Positions 47,880 to 60,841 of a stretch of DNA of 64,000 nucleotides are shown in pieces. The stretch lies in assembly GCA_964252035.1 (NCBI GenBank), contig OZ176204.1, one strand, 5' to 3'. The notes under the pieces were generated by a model. It worked only from the letters and a program-made list of their open reading frames with translations, was not told the DNA's origin and made no database searches. This DNA is from Podarcis erhardii. Lineage: Eukaryota. The translations under genes and the position numbers were made by a program. Positions within the stretch are counted from its first letter, which is position 1. Every line of letters begins with the position of its first letter.

Positions 47880-50430
47880 CCTACTAAGGAGGCCTTGCCA
47901 TTGGAAGTAGGGTGTGTGATGAAGAATGGCACCCACCAAAATATCACCACACACATCCAAAGAACGCCACATAATGCATTTTAGTACATCCACAATTGGA
48001 CAACATGTGCTTTTATGTGATTTTCTTCCTTGTTGCATTATCTATGGATCAGGAAAATCCACATTAAAAGGGGGAATGCGAGCTGCTACTTGGATATGGA
48101 TGTTTGTGAGGATAATGAAGGGGGGGAAAGCACACATGGGATGTATTTTAAATTGCGTGGAATCCCATTAAACAGCCTTGGTTTGGACATAATGCTAAGC
48201 CACAGTTTAGCAGAATAAGAATGAGTTATTGCACTTGTCCTCCTCCAACACATCTGCAAGGAGAGTTCAGAAACTTTCACTTCAGTTTTGGATTAACCGC
48301 AGCTTGCCACATCGTCTATACCCAGATGAACCGTGTTTAACCTGTTGAAACAGGCCAAATTCATAGCACAGCTTACAAAGCTTGCTTGTTTCAAGTAACT
48401 GTAGTTAAGATTAACCACTGTTTATGGTCTGAACAACAGACTAAACTGCAGTTAATCTTCTGCCCTTTTTGCAGAGGGAAACACAGCAGCCCAAGGCTCA
48501 CGGAAGGTTATTCTGATAACTCTAAAATGGGATTTGGGTTTGTTTTATTTTACTACGCTGACTTCATTTGGTGTGAAGCCTCACAAAGGTTTTCTGTTAC
48601 ATCTAAACACAGCTGGCATTTTAAAAATAGAACCTAGGTGTAAAAGGTGGTTCTCTTTGATTTTTGTCTAAGATCAGGGAAAATGCTGGAGCCAGGATTT
48701 GTTTTTCTTAAAAAGTACAAAAAGCTCAAGGAGAAAACCACCTTGTGTGATCCATTATGGAAAGGAAGGGTACACACTGAGTTACTGCGTGGAAGTCTGA
48801 ATTATAAACTAATGCACACATTCTGAGTGCAATTTGCCAGTGGAAAAGAATTAATTAAAGCTCGTGCTCTATTGCTGAGGGCAGAGAAACGTGTATTTAG
48901 GAATGAGATCATGCCTTCACGGTGGTCACGGCTGCTGCCTCTATGTGTGGCATAGCCTCAGAAATCACTTTGTAATCCTTTGGCTTGTGTCATGACATAT
49001 CATCTTAAATTACATGGCTGCCTAATGAAAATACAAACACTCAACATTTCGCATCTACACAACTATATATAGCCACTGGGAATTGGGTTTGTCTGCATGA
49101 GTGCAGTAATTTGGTGTAATTACCTCTGTCCTCAGAAGTGTTGGTTTCTTCGTAAGTAAGCCCTGTTCTTTGCCCAAACAGAGTAGTTGAGGAGCAGGCC
49201 TATTTAGGTTTATCCACCTGCATGATATGTACGTAATGTTAATTTAGATTGTGTGCCTTCTTCATAATTAACCATTAACATACACAGTTCATTCCCCAAT
49301 TGATTTTGCTGTGACTGCTAGATAGTATATTTAGGCTACAGCTCAATTTACACAAACTTACTTGAGAGTAAGTCCCATTGAACTCAAACAGGGCTTACTT
49401 CTGAGTAGACATGGATAAGGTTGCATTACTATTTAGCTATAGCACAATCCTATGCAGAGGTTGCATCCAGTTAAGTCCTATGCACAGCGGAGCCATTGAA
49501 ATTAATGGACAAAAGTTAACCATGCCCATTAATTTCAATGGATCTACTCTGAGTAAGGTGTGGTACAACCCCATGTTTACATAGAAGCAACCCCCAGTGA
49601 ATTAAATGGGACTTAATCCCAGATAAGAACACAAAGATTGTTACTCTAAACATTTGCAGAAATTCTTGGAGTGATTGATAGCACAGATCATGGGTGTGGC
49701 CAGCTTTGGGGGGCAGGCCTTTTGCTGGGGGGGCAGAACCTCAGTTTGCTATGTAGTTTTATTGATTTAGGGGGGCAGCTGCCCCTCCCTGCCCTCCCCT
49801 AGGCTACACCCACGTCACAGATTAAAAACACAACAGTAAAATGAAAAGCAAATGTAATAACAAGAAATCTGTGAGTAACAGCAGCAGCTGCAAAATCAGA
49901 TAAAAAGCAGCATTCAAAGTTAACTTAGCACCAAAATGATAAAAAGTGAACTTTGTAATGGAGTTTGGAGCACCACCACAGGGAAGACTCTGTCCTCGGT
50001 TACCAGTCTCCACCCACCTCTCCTCCAATAGTGAGAGATCTGGAGAAGGTCCTCTGTGGAAGATCTTAATTCACATGGGACAAGGCTGGTTTAGAACATG
50101 GATTTATGTTCGTGCGGCAGGAGGCAGATAGGATCTTTCTAGATTTCAAGCAAGAATTAGGTGGCAACCTCTACATGGACTTACCTGGGCATATGTCCTG
50201 TTGAACTTAAAGGGCATTCTTCCAAGTAGACACGTGTAGGATTGCCCTGGTAATGCAGCACTGTGGGGGGTTCATACATAATACTGCCCTATGTTATGGA
50301 TTTAGGCCGATAATGTGTGTGACGTAACACTTAAAAAAAAAGCACTGTGTAAAGTTTTTATTTTATTTTAAAGGAATTAGACAAATGGGGGAGGCAATAT
50401 TTCAGTGATTTAGAGTGGAACCTCTAAGCT

Positions 50431-50926
50431 GTTGTTGTTTAGTCGTTTAGTTGTGTCTGACTCTTCAGAACCCATGGACCGGAGCACGCCAGGCACTCCT
50501 GTCTTCCACTACCTCCCACAGTTTAGTCAAACTCATGCTGGTAGCTTCGAGAACACTGTCCAACCATCTTGTCCTCTGACGTCCCCTTCTTGTGCCCTCC
50601 ATCTTTCCCAACACCAGGGTTTTTTCCAGGGTTTTTTTCTCTTCTCATGAGGTGGCCAAAGTATTGGAGCCTCAGCTTCAGGATCTGTCCTTCCAGTGAG
50701 CACTCAGGGCTGATTTCCTTAAGAATGGATAGGTTTGATCTTCTTGCAGTCCATGGGACTCTCAAGAGTCTCCTCCAGCACCATAATTCAAAAGCATCAA
50801 TTCTTTGGCGATCAGCCTTCTTTATGGTCCAGCTCTCACTTTCCATACATCACTACTGGGAAAACCATAGCTTTAACTATACGGACCTTTGTTGGCAAGG
50901 TGATGTCTCTGCTTTTTAAGATGCTG
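50431..50926 (-). mobile_element. RTE-BovB LINE 3' end
   Basis: ESWTIKKADRQRIDAFELWCWRRLLRVPWTARRSNLSILKEISPECSLEGQILKLRLQYFGHLMRRE; (AAC)n tail. Confidence 0.95.
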
Positions 50927-51198
50927 TATATCTAGGGGTATCAGAGGCTGTGGAAGATCAGCTGCAGGTAGGGGTGTGAGTGATTCAGGGACATTTGACC
51001 AGCCATTGCTGGAGACTAGATTAGGTAAGTTGGACTCCAGTTCCCATCAATTCCAGTTTGGCTGGTCAAGGGTCAAGGATGGTTTCAGTTGTCCCCAACC
51101 CACTGTATTCGATGAGCCTGTGACCTTATCCAGGAAGGCTGTTATAATGATCTAGTGAAGCAATGCTATGCACTTTTACCCAGGAGTAGGTTCCATTA

Positions 51199-51350
51199 TT
51201 TAGTTGTTTAGTTGTGTCCGACTCTTCGTGACCCCATGGACCAGAGCACGCCAGGCACTCCTGTCTTCCACTGCCTCCCGCAGCTTGCTCAAACTCATGT
51301 TCGTAGCTTCAATAACACTGTCCAACCACGACTAAATGACTAAACAACAT
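51199..51350. mobile_element. BovB insertion with 3' tails at both ends
   Basis: Minus-strand BovB 3' end plus a short plus-strand tail; 10-bp TSD GGTTCCATTA. Confidence 0.8.
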
Positions 51351-52850
51351 GGTTCCATTAAGCACAGTGAAACTTCTGAGTAGGCACTTACAGGACTGCA
51401 TTGCATGCCTCCTCTGTGTCCAGTACAACATGAAACCAAGCATTAGCATTGAATGCAACTAGTTTTGAGATAAATAACTAGTAAGCCTAATCCTTTCTAA
51501 CGTAACCCCATGTGTTTCAAAATAGGCTGTATATTATTTCCATTGCCTGTGTGGAATGTCAGGTTTTGTTGCAGAACAATCCATACTCCTGTCTGCATTC
51601 TCACCATTTGCATGTTTTAAAAGATCTTACATTGACTCAGGTTACATTCCTATTATATACACTTCCCTGTAGGAGTAGATCCCATTTAACTCAAAGGGGT
51701 TTCCCTTCCGAGTGGACATGGTTAAGTTTGCACTGTAGGTCTCGGAATACTTTTGCTGGCGTTTTCAGCGCTGTGCATTTGTTCCCACTGCCTCAATTTC
51801 TGCAGCTCCTAGTATTACTTACCGGCGCATGTCCTTGCAAATGTGGGGGCAGGAAAGGGAAAAGCGCAATCCCACCCATCTAATTCAAATGGCAACATGA
51901 AATATTTGGCTTCAGGCACTGGGGCAATTCAAGAGCAGGAAGAATTATGAAGCACCCGTGTGAAATTTTTCTGGGTTCAGACTTAAGGCTCCAATTAATA
52001 ATTATGAAGAACGTTTTGCTCTGATGTAATTAGGTAAATGTGCTTCTCGCCTCTCCTAGTTTTCATGTGGTTGTTTTGCACATTCAGACCCCATATTGCT
52101 CTAGGGAGAGTCTCTTATAAAATACGCTTCATACCATCACTGGAATTCCATTATCTTAGTCTTGCAAGGCAAGGAAGGAATCCAAGGATTCCGACGCCAG
52201 TACCAAACTCTCTTAATCTCATTCTGGAGGCACTGATGAGAGAGTGAGCCATACAAATCCTTAATTAGCGATCCTTACAAAGTACAGTATGTCTGAATAT
52301 ACTTAACTATGGGAAGGGATTGCTCCTTATTTTGCTCATGCTGCTATTTCCCATGAGAATGTGTGCTCAAATTGTCTACACTGGAACTGGCTATGTGTGC
52401 ATGTCCATAGAATTAGCATCTCACAGCTGACCCCAGGCTGGTGCCTTCGATTATTCCAAGGCTGGGAGTTCCTAGGAGGCTTAATCAGCAAATCTTTCTC
52501 CTTCTCCCAGGTAGTCATCAGACAAAACATCTCTGCAGCTGCAACACCCCTTTTATCTGTGGCCCAAAGGCCTCCTTACACATATCTAGGTGCACACCTA
52601 ACCTGAAATGTATACTTAAAGATGCAAAGTGTGAATGTCAATGAACAGAAGGTTTTAGCAGCAGCCGTCTGTTGGCTGTCTGCTCCATGGCAAACCTGGA
52701 TTTCTCCTGATAGCAACATAACCTTGAGTACACTTAGACTTAAGTTCCACTAATGTTCAATGGGGTGACTTTCAGATAAGCTGCAGTGACACCTTCAGCT
52801 CCATAACTCAGCCCCACCACACCTGCCATAGCTGTATATAGATCAGGGTT

Positions 52851-53155
52851 CATAGAATCATAGAATTGTAGAGTTGGAAGGAACCGCAAGCGTCATCTAG
52901 CCCAACCCCCTGCAATGCAGGAATCTCAACTAAAGCATCCATGGCAGATGACCATCCAACCTCTGCTTGGAAACCTCCAAGGAAGGAGAGCCTTCCAAGG
53001 GAGACCGTTCCACTGTCAAACAGCTCCGTCAGAAAGTTATTCCAGATGCTTCATCAGAATCTCCTTTCTTGTAACTTGAAGCCATTGGTATGGGTCCTAC
53101 ATTCCACAGCAGGAGAAAACAAGCTTCTTCCCCATGTGACAGCCCTTGAGATATA
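52851..53155 (-). mobile_element. CR1 LINE 3' end
   Basis: GRSLFSPAVECRTHTNGFKLQERRF; terminal tgattctatg; same tail as the tRNA SINEs. Confidence 0.85.
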
Positions 53156-53504
53156 TCTCCTCTCATAACTCAGAACCTTTTTCAGCTCAAGGGTTCCCTT
53201 CTGGGCTCCCTTCCAAGGACCCCACAGCAGTGATAAACAGGGCCAGAGGCCAAAGCAGCCAAAGCAATGAATGCTCGTTTCTACAGAAGGCTTGTTTCTG
53301 CGCACTTTGCACATCCTCTCTGTATCTTCCATCCAGGCTAGCCAGAGGCATAGTCAGGGTTCAATGACAGATTCCAGCCTTGGGGGGAAACACTTGGGGT
53401 GTTAAGCAGGTTTGGGGAGATGTGTGGCCTGGCAAGAGTTCTGAGGGCCAGATGGCGAGATCTGGAGGGCCACCTGCCTGAGGTTCCCCACCTCTGATGT
53501 AACT

Positions 53505-53690
53505 GGTGGCCAGTGTGTTATAGATCTCAGGGAAGGATGAGTCAGGTTCAAATCCCCACTCAGTCCTGAAGCTCCCTAACTTCCCTTGGGCCTGGCACTA
53601 TCTCCCAATCTCACAAACCTTACCAGGGTTGTTGTGAGCATAACGTGGGGCGGTGAAAACCTTAGAGGAAGGGTGGGATAAAATTGTAAT
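53505..53690 (+). mobile_element. Old MIR-type CORE SINE
   Basis: caggttcaaatccccactca..cttgggcc..cagggttgttgtgag. Confidence 0.6.
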
Positions 53691-54439
53691 AAATTTTAGC
53701 AATAATCGTAAGGATTCAAGCTGCTTCTCTCTTTTTTTCATTTCCATCTATTTCTCATCAGCATCCTCAGTTTTCTAGATGCCATCTTTCCAAGGTAAGC
53801 AATGCCCAAAGCGCTTCTCATAAACATCAGAGCAAAGCACAGCAATGAGATAATCTTAAGGCTTCAAGGTTTGTTTGCTTGGCTGCATAGGCAACACTTA
53901 TAACAGTTTTGTTTCAGTTTATTTAGTATCATCATCATTTAGCGGGGGGGGGGGGGGGAGAGAGAGATGCCACCTTTCCAAATAAACCATGCCCAAATCA
54001 CCTCTCATAAACATAAAAGCCCTGTAATAAGATGATTATGCATCACAAAACATATTAGTAACCTTCCAAGCCAATTAATTAACAATTCAATCCAGATCTA
54101 TCTGCAAAAAAAAGGGGGGGGTGGAATGTTGAATCAACATTTCAAATAGGCCCATCTTGTTCTGAGAGATTCAACATTATACAATACAGTATATTAATTA
54201 TATTCTGTTCTTACCCGGAGGCTTCATGTATCCTCTTATCCAAGGATCCGGCCCTTCTTTGCTTCAGCCTCAGAAACTTGAAGATGATTCACCAGACCCT
54301 AATGGTTCAAAGTATCTGTTGCTGTTTATAAATGGCCATATTTTATGTACAAGTTTTGCTATCTTAAGCATGCAGGAGAACTTTGGCATTTTGGTGCACA
54401 ACCCCATATTTTCTGACATCCAAATTTCCTGCCAAAGGA

Positions 54440-54900
54440 ACTGGCAAGCTGGGTGTCTCATGTGACCAATGGTCTTGACTTTATTAGTCAGCTGTGCACA
54501 ATTGACTCATTCAAGGGTGTTAATTACCAAGATGTGCGGAATTATGTTAAATCTCGGCTCACTTAAAATTGACAGGACAAGGAACCTCACCTTCCGCTGA
54601 AGACTACTAATCAAATGCAAGTGTGTGACTCACACACACACAAGCATCTTTGCCAATGGCACCGCCATGTTTAATTAACCCACCATGTTCTGGCATGCAC
54701 ACGCAAAGCACACATGTACACACACAGCGTACTGCGGCAAAGATGACAGCGTGATTAGCAAGCAGCTGCTGCGGCAAAGCAAAATTAATAACAGTTTCTT
54801 TAAAACCCACACACATACACACAGATCTATGCACAGTCTGTGGGAAAAACCGGTGACTGAAACATGCCCAAAACAGAATAAACTGCCGTGTGCACTGGAA
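54440..54900. promoter_or_regulatory. Candidate distal enhancer
   Basis: Apparently non-repetitive; two TGACTCA, one CACGCAA, two TTTGCCGC; local CpG retention. Confidence 0.4.
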
Positions 54901-55126
54901 TAAATGCAACGTTGCTTTGAGAGTACTTTACAGGCATGAGCCCATGTTCAAAGGCTGCATATTTCTTAGCAGCAAAAAGTAGAGGCTGGTTGTTCGAAGT
55001 GCTGCTCAGCTTGCACCGTAGGCTGACATACTTTCAAGTGAAGGGTAGACAGAGAGGAACCTCTGATCTTCCCAGACTGTCCTTGCACAGACCTATTGAT
55101 CTTCTTTCGCTTTCGGGCTGATACTC

Positions 55127-55665
55127 TCATAAAAAGAGCCTTCTGAAATCAGGCCAGGGGCCCATCCTGTTCTCACAAAAGCCAAAGGAGATGCCTGTGG
55201 GAAACCCACAAGTGAGACTTGAGTGCGAGAGCACTCTCCTCTCCTGCAGTTTTCAGCAAACAGCATTTACAAGCATGTGGTCTCTTGACCAAAGATAGCC
55301 ATTGTGGCTAGTAGCCGTTGAGAAGCCTTATCCTCCAAGAATCTGTCTAATCCTCTTTTAAAGCCACTCAGGTTGGTGGCCACCACTGCCTCTTGTGGCA
55401 GGGAGTTCCATAGTTTAACCAAGCACTGTGTGAAGAAGTTCTTTCTTTTCTCTGAATGTATCCCCCAGCATTCAACTTCGTTAGATGTTTATGAGTTCTA
55501 GTGTTATGGGGGGGGGGGACTTTTCTCTATCTCCATGCCATGTATAATTTTATAATTTCCTGCCATGCCACCTTTTACTCACCATTTCTCTAAGTGAAAA
55601 AGTCCCAAATGCTGTTGCCTTTCCTCCTGGGGGGCTTGCTCCACCCCTTGATCATTCTGCTTGCT
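55127..55665 (-). mobile_element. CR1 LINE 3' portion (second subfamily)
   Basis: Colinear with 59527-60095. Confidence 0.7.
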
Positions 55666-56159
55666 CTTTTCCTGCTTCATTTCCTGCTTCCTTCTTCATC
55701 ATCCTCACCTTGAGGAAGGAGACCTCTCTATGTGTGTAAGAGCAAGCATGTCTCAAATGCCTTAGTTAGAATTAGGATCTATTTTTCTATGAAGGATCTA
55801 CTTCCTGCAGTAAACAAAAAGCTTTGTTAGTCTCCTAAATTTGGGAATCTGAGTGAGATTATATGTAAGGTAAAAAGGTGTTCCTTCAACAAGGATCCAG
55901 TGTGCTCTGTTCAGCTTTTTTGAGCACGCCAACTCCAAACAACAACACTGTTAAATGCTGGTGATTTCATGCCCAGCTTGGAAGCTTTGCAAAGGAAATG
56001 CCTAACCACTGTCAGAAACAAAATGGTGGTCATGAGTTAGCCAATATGGCGCCTTTGAAATCAACTCCCATCATCCCTGACTGTTGACCATACTAGCTGG
56101 GGCTGATGGGAATTATAGTCCATGGCCTCTGGAAGGCAGCATGCTGGCTAACTCTTGTA

Positions 56160-56401
56160 CACTGGTACCTCAGGTTACAGACGCTTCAGGTTACATATGC
56201 TTCAGGTTACAGACTCCGCTAACCCAGAAATAGTACCTTGGGTTAAGAACTTTGCTTCAGGATGAGAACAGAAATTGTGCTCCGGCGGCGCGGCAGCAGC
56301 AGGAGGCCCCATTAGCTAAAGTGGTGCTTCAGGTTAAGAACAGTTTCAGGTTAAGAACAGACCTCTGGAACGAATTAAATACTTAACCTGAGGTACCACT
56401 G
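56160..56401. mobile_element. Tc1/mariner MITE, subfamily A
   Basis: TA-CACTGGTACCTC ... GAGGTACCACTG-TA. Confidence 0.9.
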
Positions 56402-56838
56402 TACTGCATGGACTTTTGGTCCAATTCACCAGAGTGTTTTTTTCTTTTTTAATGAACTCTTATCACCAGTTCTTATCCACAGACACAATGTTCCACACCG
56501 TGCCTTTAATAACAGCTTGATGTGCAGGCATTAGCAGGGAAGAATGTTGATTTCCGTGCTATGAAAAGCATCCCCTGCTTATTTCTGCAGTTCCGGCTGC
56601 TGTCAAAAGCACAAGGATAGGCCAGGTGGCAACCCTACCTGTTTTGCTACAAAACCATGCTTCCCGCTCCAGTCTGTTTTCCTGCAGCTTGTTTGGAAAG
56701 AGCAGGAGATGCCTTTGGCACAGTTCAAGTAGTGAGGAGCATGTTGTTAGCAAATTTGCCACTGACGCATCATTGCTATGCTTGTGAAGCGACTCCTGGG
56801 CACATCCACTGGAATGTATCAGGAGAAACACCTTAAAG

Positions 56839-57167
56839 CATGGGTAGGGCAAACTAAGGCCCAGGGGCCAGATCCGGCCCAATCGCCTTCTCAATCCAAC
56901 CCGCGGACGGTCCGGGAATCAGCGTGTTTTTACATAAGTAGAATGTGTCCTTTTATTTAAAATGCATCTCTGGGTTATTTGTGGGGCCTGCCTGGTGTTT
57001 TTACATGAGCAGAATGTGTGCTTTTATTTAAAATGCATCTCTGGGTTATTTGTGGAGCATAGGAATTCGTTCCTCTTCTTCTTCTTTTTTCAGAATATAG
57101 TCCGGCCCCCCACAAGTTCTAAGGGACAGTGGACAGGCCCCCTGCTGAAAAAGTTTGCTGACCCCTG
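56839..57167. mobile_element. Non-autonomous hAT element, full length
   Basis: CATGGGTAGGGCAAAC ... GTTTGCTGACCCCTG; perfect 8-bp TSD CCTTAAAG. Confidence 0.93.
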
Positions 57168-57197
57168 CCTTAAAGGAAGGTGGGTTAAGGAATATTT

Positions 57198-57908
57198 TGT
57201 TGTTAAAGTTTAGGAGGTCTCATGCTGGCCAGTAACATGACTTTTCCATTACATTTTTGACACAAGAACATTTATTAAATGAACAATGAATTGCTACCAT
57301 GGGGTATAACTACTGGATGCAATAGATTGCCATCTTGGGATGTGCCTCCTGTAGCTCATTGGAGAGCACAGGCTGTGTGGGATGTAACATCACTGATGCA
57401 CTCAGATACAACATTTCCTGTTTGCCCAGAGTGGACACACAGGGGAATGTTGCTCCAGCCAGGAGGACTTCCTGTCACACCTGGTCTGGAGCATCCTCCC
57501 ACTGGGTGTGACCAGGTAGATGGGAGTGACCCTGGCAGACACTATAAAGGAGCTAGTCACGTAGCCATCTTCCTCTTGACTCCCTTGATCCCTTCCTCTT
57601 GACTCCCTTGATCCCTTCTCTCCATTTTGCCTTTTGTTGTCTGCTGGCTCTCGGCCAGCAGCACATGGGCTCATCCCTCACAAAGGATGAACCCACACTT
57701 TTCTCTGTAACTGTAACTACAAGATAAAGTCTGCCTTCAGTACCATACTGTGAACTGAATGTAAGTAAACCTTATCATTACTTTTAAAAGAAGACTGTTG
57801 TGTCATGATTGTTTTTAAGAGGGAACTAAAGGAGATATACCAAGAACAATCCAGTCTGGACAAACCAGACTGGATTGCTTAAATCAAATGATTCTCACTA
57901 ATCCATCA
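57198..57908 (+). mobile_element. Candidate solo LTR
   Basis: TG start, TATA-like CTATAAAG at about 57543, pyrimidine-rich R-like region, CA end; no TSD confirmed. Confidence 0.45.
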
Positions 57909-59000
57909 ACTAGCTTCCTGCAGTGTACAAGGGAATGTGCTCTGCTACTAGCTCACTAGCATGAGTGAGGAAGGATAATATTTAATCAATATATCCTCTC
58001 CTACTATTGTCAACATTCCCACAGGCTGTATATGGGGAATATCCAAGGTTTGATCTCCAGCATATCCAAATAGGACTGAGAAAGACCCCATTCCAAAACT
58101 GTGGAGACCTAAGACCAGTCAGTGCAGATAATGCTGAACTGTATGAACCAGTGGTTCGATTCAGTATCTTTTCCTTTATTCCATTCATAGGAGAGTAAAG
58201 GAGAGTGCTCAGATCAGAAGGCTGAAAGGTATGGAAGCACTATATAGATGTTACCCAGCATGTAAACTGTATTTAGATACGGACATTTCAGCGAATGTGT
58301 TAGCTCAGCCCCACGTTCCACCCTTGTGAAAACACCAGACTGCAAGGATCTTGGAAGCCTCTCTCTGTTTCATTCCTCTTGCTAATTTTGTTTCTGTGCT
58401 TTGGTGGTAGAAAACCACATCAGTGCACGGCGCTTGCATGTTCACAGGCAGACAGGAGCGGCTGCTAATGTTTTGCGGGGGAGGAGGAAGCTTGCTTTCT
58501 GATATACAGTTCGGATGACTGTCTCTTGTGAATCATGGCCGGTGTATTGTTTTCCTCCTGAAGTCATTCCCTAGCTGAAGGTCGTCTCCAAGTGCACGTC
58601 TGCCCATACACACAGCCTTGCATGGTGGGTGAGACAGACGGATCTTGAGGGCTGCAATATGAGGCCTCTACTGCAATGCAGGAACGGATGTGGGTCTTAT
58701 CTCTCTGGTTCCATTTCCAGAGGCTTGCTCTGCCACCAAGTCTTCCAACTGATTAGGTCAAGATGATGAATTAGCCTGCAAAACATAACATCGAACTCCC
58801 CTGAGATGCCTCGCTGTTTCCAGCCAGGACAAAAGCATCTGTGTTTTTAAATAGTGAGACCGATGGTGAAGGAAGTTTTGAAACATGCTTCTTCCTCTTA
58901 GTGGTTCACAGGACATACACACAGAAGCTTTCGTCCTCTGCCCTCCAGAAATAAATTACACAGGTGATTTCCATCCCAAATGAGAGGCACTTCTAAAATA

Positions 59001-59230
59001 CAGTGGTACCTCTGGTTGCAAACGGGATCGGTTCAGGAGGCCCGTTCGCAACCTGAAAAGAACGCAACCCATGTCTGCGCGTGTGCGGGTCGCGATTCGC
59101 CACTTCTGCGCATGCGTTTGACGTTATGCACATGCGCGAGCAGTGAAACCTGGAAGCAACCCGTTCCGTCACCATGGGACGCAACCAGAAAACACGCAAC
59201 CTGAAGCAAACGTAACATGAGGTATGACTG
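59001..59230. mobile_element. Tc1/mariner MITE, subfamily C
   Basis: TA-CAGTGGTACCTC ... GAGGTATGACTG-TA. Confidence 0.85.
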
Positions 59231-59526
59231 TACCTTTTGCAATTCTGATATGTTAGCCAACTGCCACCAATCTCTCAGATGATGGGTTTTTAATCTGCAG
59301 TGCATGGTTTTCCTTCTCATGCAGGTATTCTTCAGACGATACGTAGGAAGTTTCTCATGGTCTCCTTTTAGATGTGGTCAGGATTGACTATACAAATGCT
59401 GTATCCATCGAGTTTCAGGTTGTTGGCTCTCATCCAGTCCTTTACCGAGGCAAGCCAACAGTCCAGAACATCTACTGCCACACCCGCAGGTGTAAAGGAG
59501 AAGCAGAGCTATGCCAAAAGACAGTT

Positions 59527-60095
59527 TAAGAACCTAAGTTTAAGAACTGCTGGATCAAGCCAATGGCCCATTTGGTCAGGTATCATGTTCTCACAGAGGC
59601 TAACCAAATGCTTGTGGAAAACCTGCAAGCGGAAACACAGCAGAACTCTCCTGTGGTTTCCAGCAACTAGAATTCAGAAGCAGGTGGGCTCCGGTGGTGG
59701 AGCACAGCCATCAAGCCAGTAGATGTTATCCTCCATGAATTTGTCTAGCCTTCTTTTAAACCTGTCCAGGTTGGTGGCCCCCGCTGCCTCTTGTGGGAGA
59801 AAGTTCCACAGACTGCGTGAATAAGTACTTTCTGTTATCTGTCCCAAGTTTTCCAATGCTCAGCTTGGCTGGATGTCCACGAGTTCTGGCGTTACAAGAG
59901 AGAAAAACATTTCCCTATCTGCTTTCTCCCTGCATAATTGTCAACACTTCTTTTGTGCCGCTGCTTTTGCCCCTCCTTTAAACAGAAAAGTCCAAAATGC
60001 CACAACCTTTCCTCCAAGGGAAGTTGTTGCTCCATCCCCTGTATCAGTTTCCCGAACCTTTTCCCAGCTCTACAATATCCTTTCCAGAAGACTTG
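59527..60095 (-). mobile_element. CR1 LINE 3' portion (second subfamily)
   Basis: SLWNFLPQEAAGATNLDRFKRRLDKFMEDN. Confidence 0.8.
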
Positions 60096-60841
60096 GTTAA
60101 GTATTCTGCCTGTAAGTCATCTTGAGATAGAGGCAGAGAATGGATAATGATAAGGCCACGAATTCTTAACAGCCCCCTTGACAGACAGCAGCAGAAATAG
60201 TTTTCCACCTCTCTCCCGCCCAGCTTGTAGCTGAATAGCTGCCTTTCCCCAGAAGCTTACAGGTGAATTGCCTTTTTTCAAAGCCGCCTGACAGCTACCT
60301 TTCTGCCAAGTCCTCAGCAGTGTTCTTGACAGGGCCATGTGAACAAATGTGTCAGATCTCCTTGCTTGCCTCTCCATACAGCCTGACAGTTCATAAGGGT
60401 AAAATGCCAGGTAGACCTGACATATTTGTTCAAATGTCACTGCCGAGCATAATGTTCAGAACAGAGGATGCTAGAAGCATGCAGGAGGGAGGGACAACAA
60501 GCTGGTCACAGCACGCAAAAGGAGCATGATGGAAAGGTGGCAGTTAAAGGGGAAAGAGAACACACTATTTGCCTTCCTCAGTCATAAAAGCAGAGGAAAT
60601 ATGTACACCATGGTTTTTTAAAAAAAACAACGAGGAAGGGCCTCGTGGTGGCGAAAGCGAGCAAACACAAGTGTCGCATGGACTGGCATGGTAAAAATGC
60701 TAACTTCATTCTTCTTAATAAATGCAATCAAAATGTTGACTTCAAAATGTGGCCTTTCTTTTCTTTTCTTTTTTTTACCACCCAGAATCAACAGACATTG
60801 TTTGCAGGTAAAAATTTAATGCACAAATTAAATATACAGGA

